From assembly GCF_004010195.1 (NCBI RefSeq), contig NC_057734.1, forward strand, positions 44,167,606 to 44,231,605: 64,000 bases of DNA. Direction: 5' to 3'. Source of the stretch: Chiloscyllium plagiosum (lineage: Eukaryota). Of this stretch, positions 62,079 to 64,000 are shown piece by piece. The notes beneath the pieces were generated by a model. The model was not told the DNA's origin. It saw only the letters and a list, made by a program, of their open reading frames with translations, and did not search any database. The translations under genes and the position numbers were made by a program. Each line of letters begins with the position of its first letter. Positions within the stretch are counted from its first letter, which is position 1.

Positions 62079-63712
62079 TTAATCTATATTGATTTGTTAA
62101 CAGCATATTGTGTTTAACTGAAATGTTGGATTATTCTTTTGAAGAGGCAACAAAAAGGTGTTTTTAATTTTAAAAAATGCATTTACATGATAAAGGTTTC
62201 ACTGGCTCGGCCAGCGTCTATTGTCCACTGTTAATTGCCCAGAGGGCAGTTAAGTGGAAATCATATTGCTATGGATGCATACGTAAGTCAGGCCATGTAA
62301 TTAATGAACCAAGTGGGCTTTTTCTGAGAATCAACAATGGATTCATAGTCAACATTAAACCCTTTATTCTAGATTTTTATTGAATTCTAACTCAACCAGT
62401 TGCCATGGCAAATTTGAACTCAGATCCCCAGAACATTTCCTGAGTAATACCACTCAGCCATCACCTTCCCTAAAGGCGATGTAGATAGTGCTGTTAATGT
62501 GGTGTACATGAACTTCCAAAAAAAAAAACCTTTGATACAATGGCACACAACAGACTCTTCAGCAAGGTTAGAGTTCATCGAAAAATCAAGACAGCAGCAT
62601 CATGTATACAAAATTGGCTGAGTGATAGGTTAACACATGGATTTGGGATTGGACTAAGGTTTGTAGTGAAGTTCACCAGATGTCAATATTTGGACCCTGT
62701 CCCTTCCTGACGATATTAATGACCTTGGTATTAATATGCAGGGTGTATTTCAATGTTTGAGAATAATACAAAATATGGAAGATTTGTGAATTGTTAGAAA
62801 TACACAATTCTACATTTGCAGACATATAACATCATGACAATGTTGGCAGCAGGGATCACAGCACAGTCCTTATGGAGATGAAGTCCCATTATGATGAATA
62901 CACATCATGTTGTGAGGTATTACCATGATATCAATCTAGAGTTATTTAGAATAGTGCTATCAATTCAACACTGGATAATAAAGCAGTGTTATGAAGAAAT
63001 TCCACTAGCTGAATTATATTCCACGAGAATATGTGACCTCATGGCCCTGCAAATATATATATTTACTAATATCATCAAACCAGGGTACCAGCACTGTTCA
63101 AATTAGGTGAATAACGTAGGGACATGATGAAGCATCTAAAAATAATGCATTGTGATTCTTCAAGACGACATTATGTTGCATGTCAAACAATGCATAGATC
63201 ATGTTAAATGCAGGGATAAGCAATCTTACAGCCAGTAGATCAAATCACAGCTCTGAAGCTTGTTATATCAAGTCATAAACAGCTTGTTGAGGGCAAGAGT
63301 GGGCTTTCAAATATTTCAACATGCATGATGCTGGTTGGAATGGTAAGGGGAGTATGTTTTTGCAATCACTTTCAACCAGAGGTTTCAAGTGATTGATTCA
63401 ACTCAGATTTTCCTGCTGAACTCCTTGGAATTATAAACAGTTGGCTTCAGACAATTTGAATCACTACAGATAATATCAAGAAATGCTGAGTATACTGGAT
63501 ACAATCCCAAGAAAATTCTGGTTGCAGTTCCAAGGAATGAAGTCCAAGAATTAGTGTTTCCTATTTAAAATGTCCCACTGTAGCTGCAGCACTGACCTCT
63601 GTTAGACAAAACACAATATTATCGAGGTATGCAGGGCAATTCCAATTCAGCCCATTTCATCCTATCATTGATGGAAACGTCACCTAGAGTGCTATCAGTT
63701 GTTGCTCATTAT

Positions 63713-64000
63713 TATAGAATCCCTACAATGTGAAAACAGGCCCTTCGGCCCATCAACTCCACACCAACCCTCTGAAGAGTATTCCACTCAAACCCATTTC
63801 TCTACAATTACCGCTGACCAATGCACCTAACCTACACATCCCTGAACACTATGGGTAATTTAGCACGGCCAATTCACCTAAGCTTCCCATCTTTGAACTG
63901 TGGGAGGAAACTGGAGCACCCAGAGGAAAGCGGAGACACAGGGAGAATATGCAAACTTCACGCAGAGAGCCGCCCTAGACTGGAATCGAACCTGGATCCC
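63713..64000 (-). mobile_element. HE1-type V-SINE (runs off window); a partial 3' copy also at 23527-23703
   Basis: Reverse-complement V-domain and 3' tail. Confidence 0.8.

Noticed and set aside
1-64000. CRISPR array, prokaryotic operon or defence system
   Set aside because: No regularly spaced repeats, very low coding density, spliceosomal introns and vertebrate retroelements throughout.

Overview
Eukaryotic, repeat-rich genomic DNA, not prokaryotic. It is almost certainly from a cartilaginous fish: it carries HE1-type V-SINEs, Deu-domain SINEs, CR1, L1/Tx1, Rex1 and Penelope elements and cluster-type Ig genes (a carpet/bamboo shark is a guess). The only clear host genes are two minus-strand, lambda-like immunoglobulin light-chain clusters, each built as promoter, leader exon, germline-joined VJ exon (no RSS) and C exon. 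Cluster B (51025-55327) has an intact spliced ORF. Cluster A (9306-16110) is a pseudogene: ATG deleted, FGXG changed to FRSG, premature TAA in C, AATAAA changed to AACAAA. The clusters lie in two diverged tandem copies of a ~23-24 kb block (~171-23925 and ~38507-61595), and each copy begins with the same L1 composite. Other notable structure: strongly acidic fixed CDRs, reciprocal octamer turnover between the two promoters, several Penelope-derived elements with minimal hammerhead ribozyme cores (one is a 131-bp-arm palindrome with a TSD), fold-back and inverted micro-duplications, and a possible decayed multi-exon gene on the + strand, head-to-head with cluster A. There are two assembly gaps (14276-14375, 27690-27829). 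Most ORFs in the supplied track are retroelement debris. All identities and counts are by-eye estimates.
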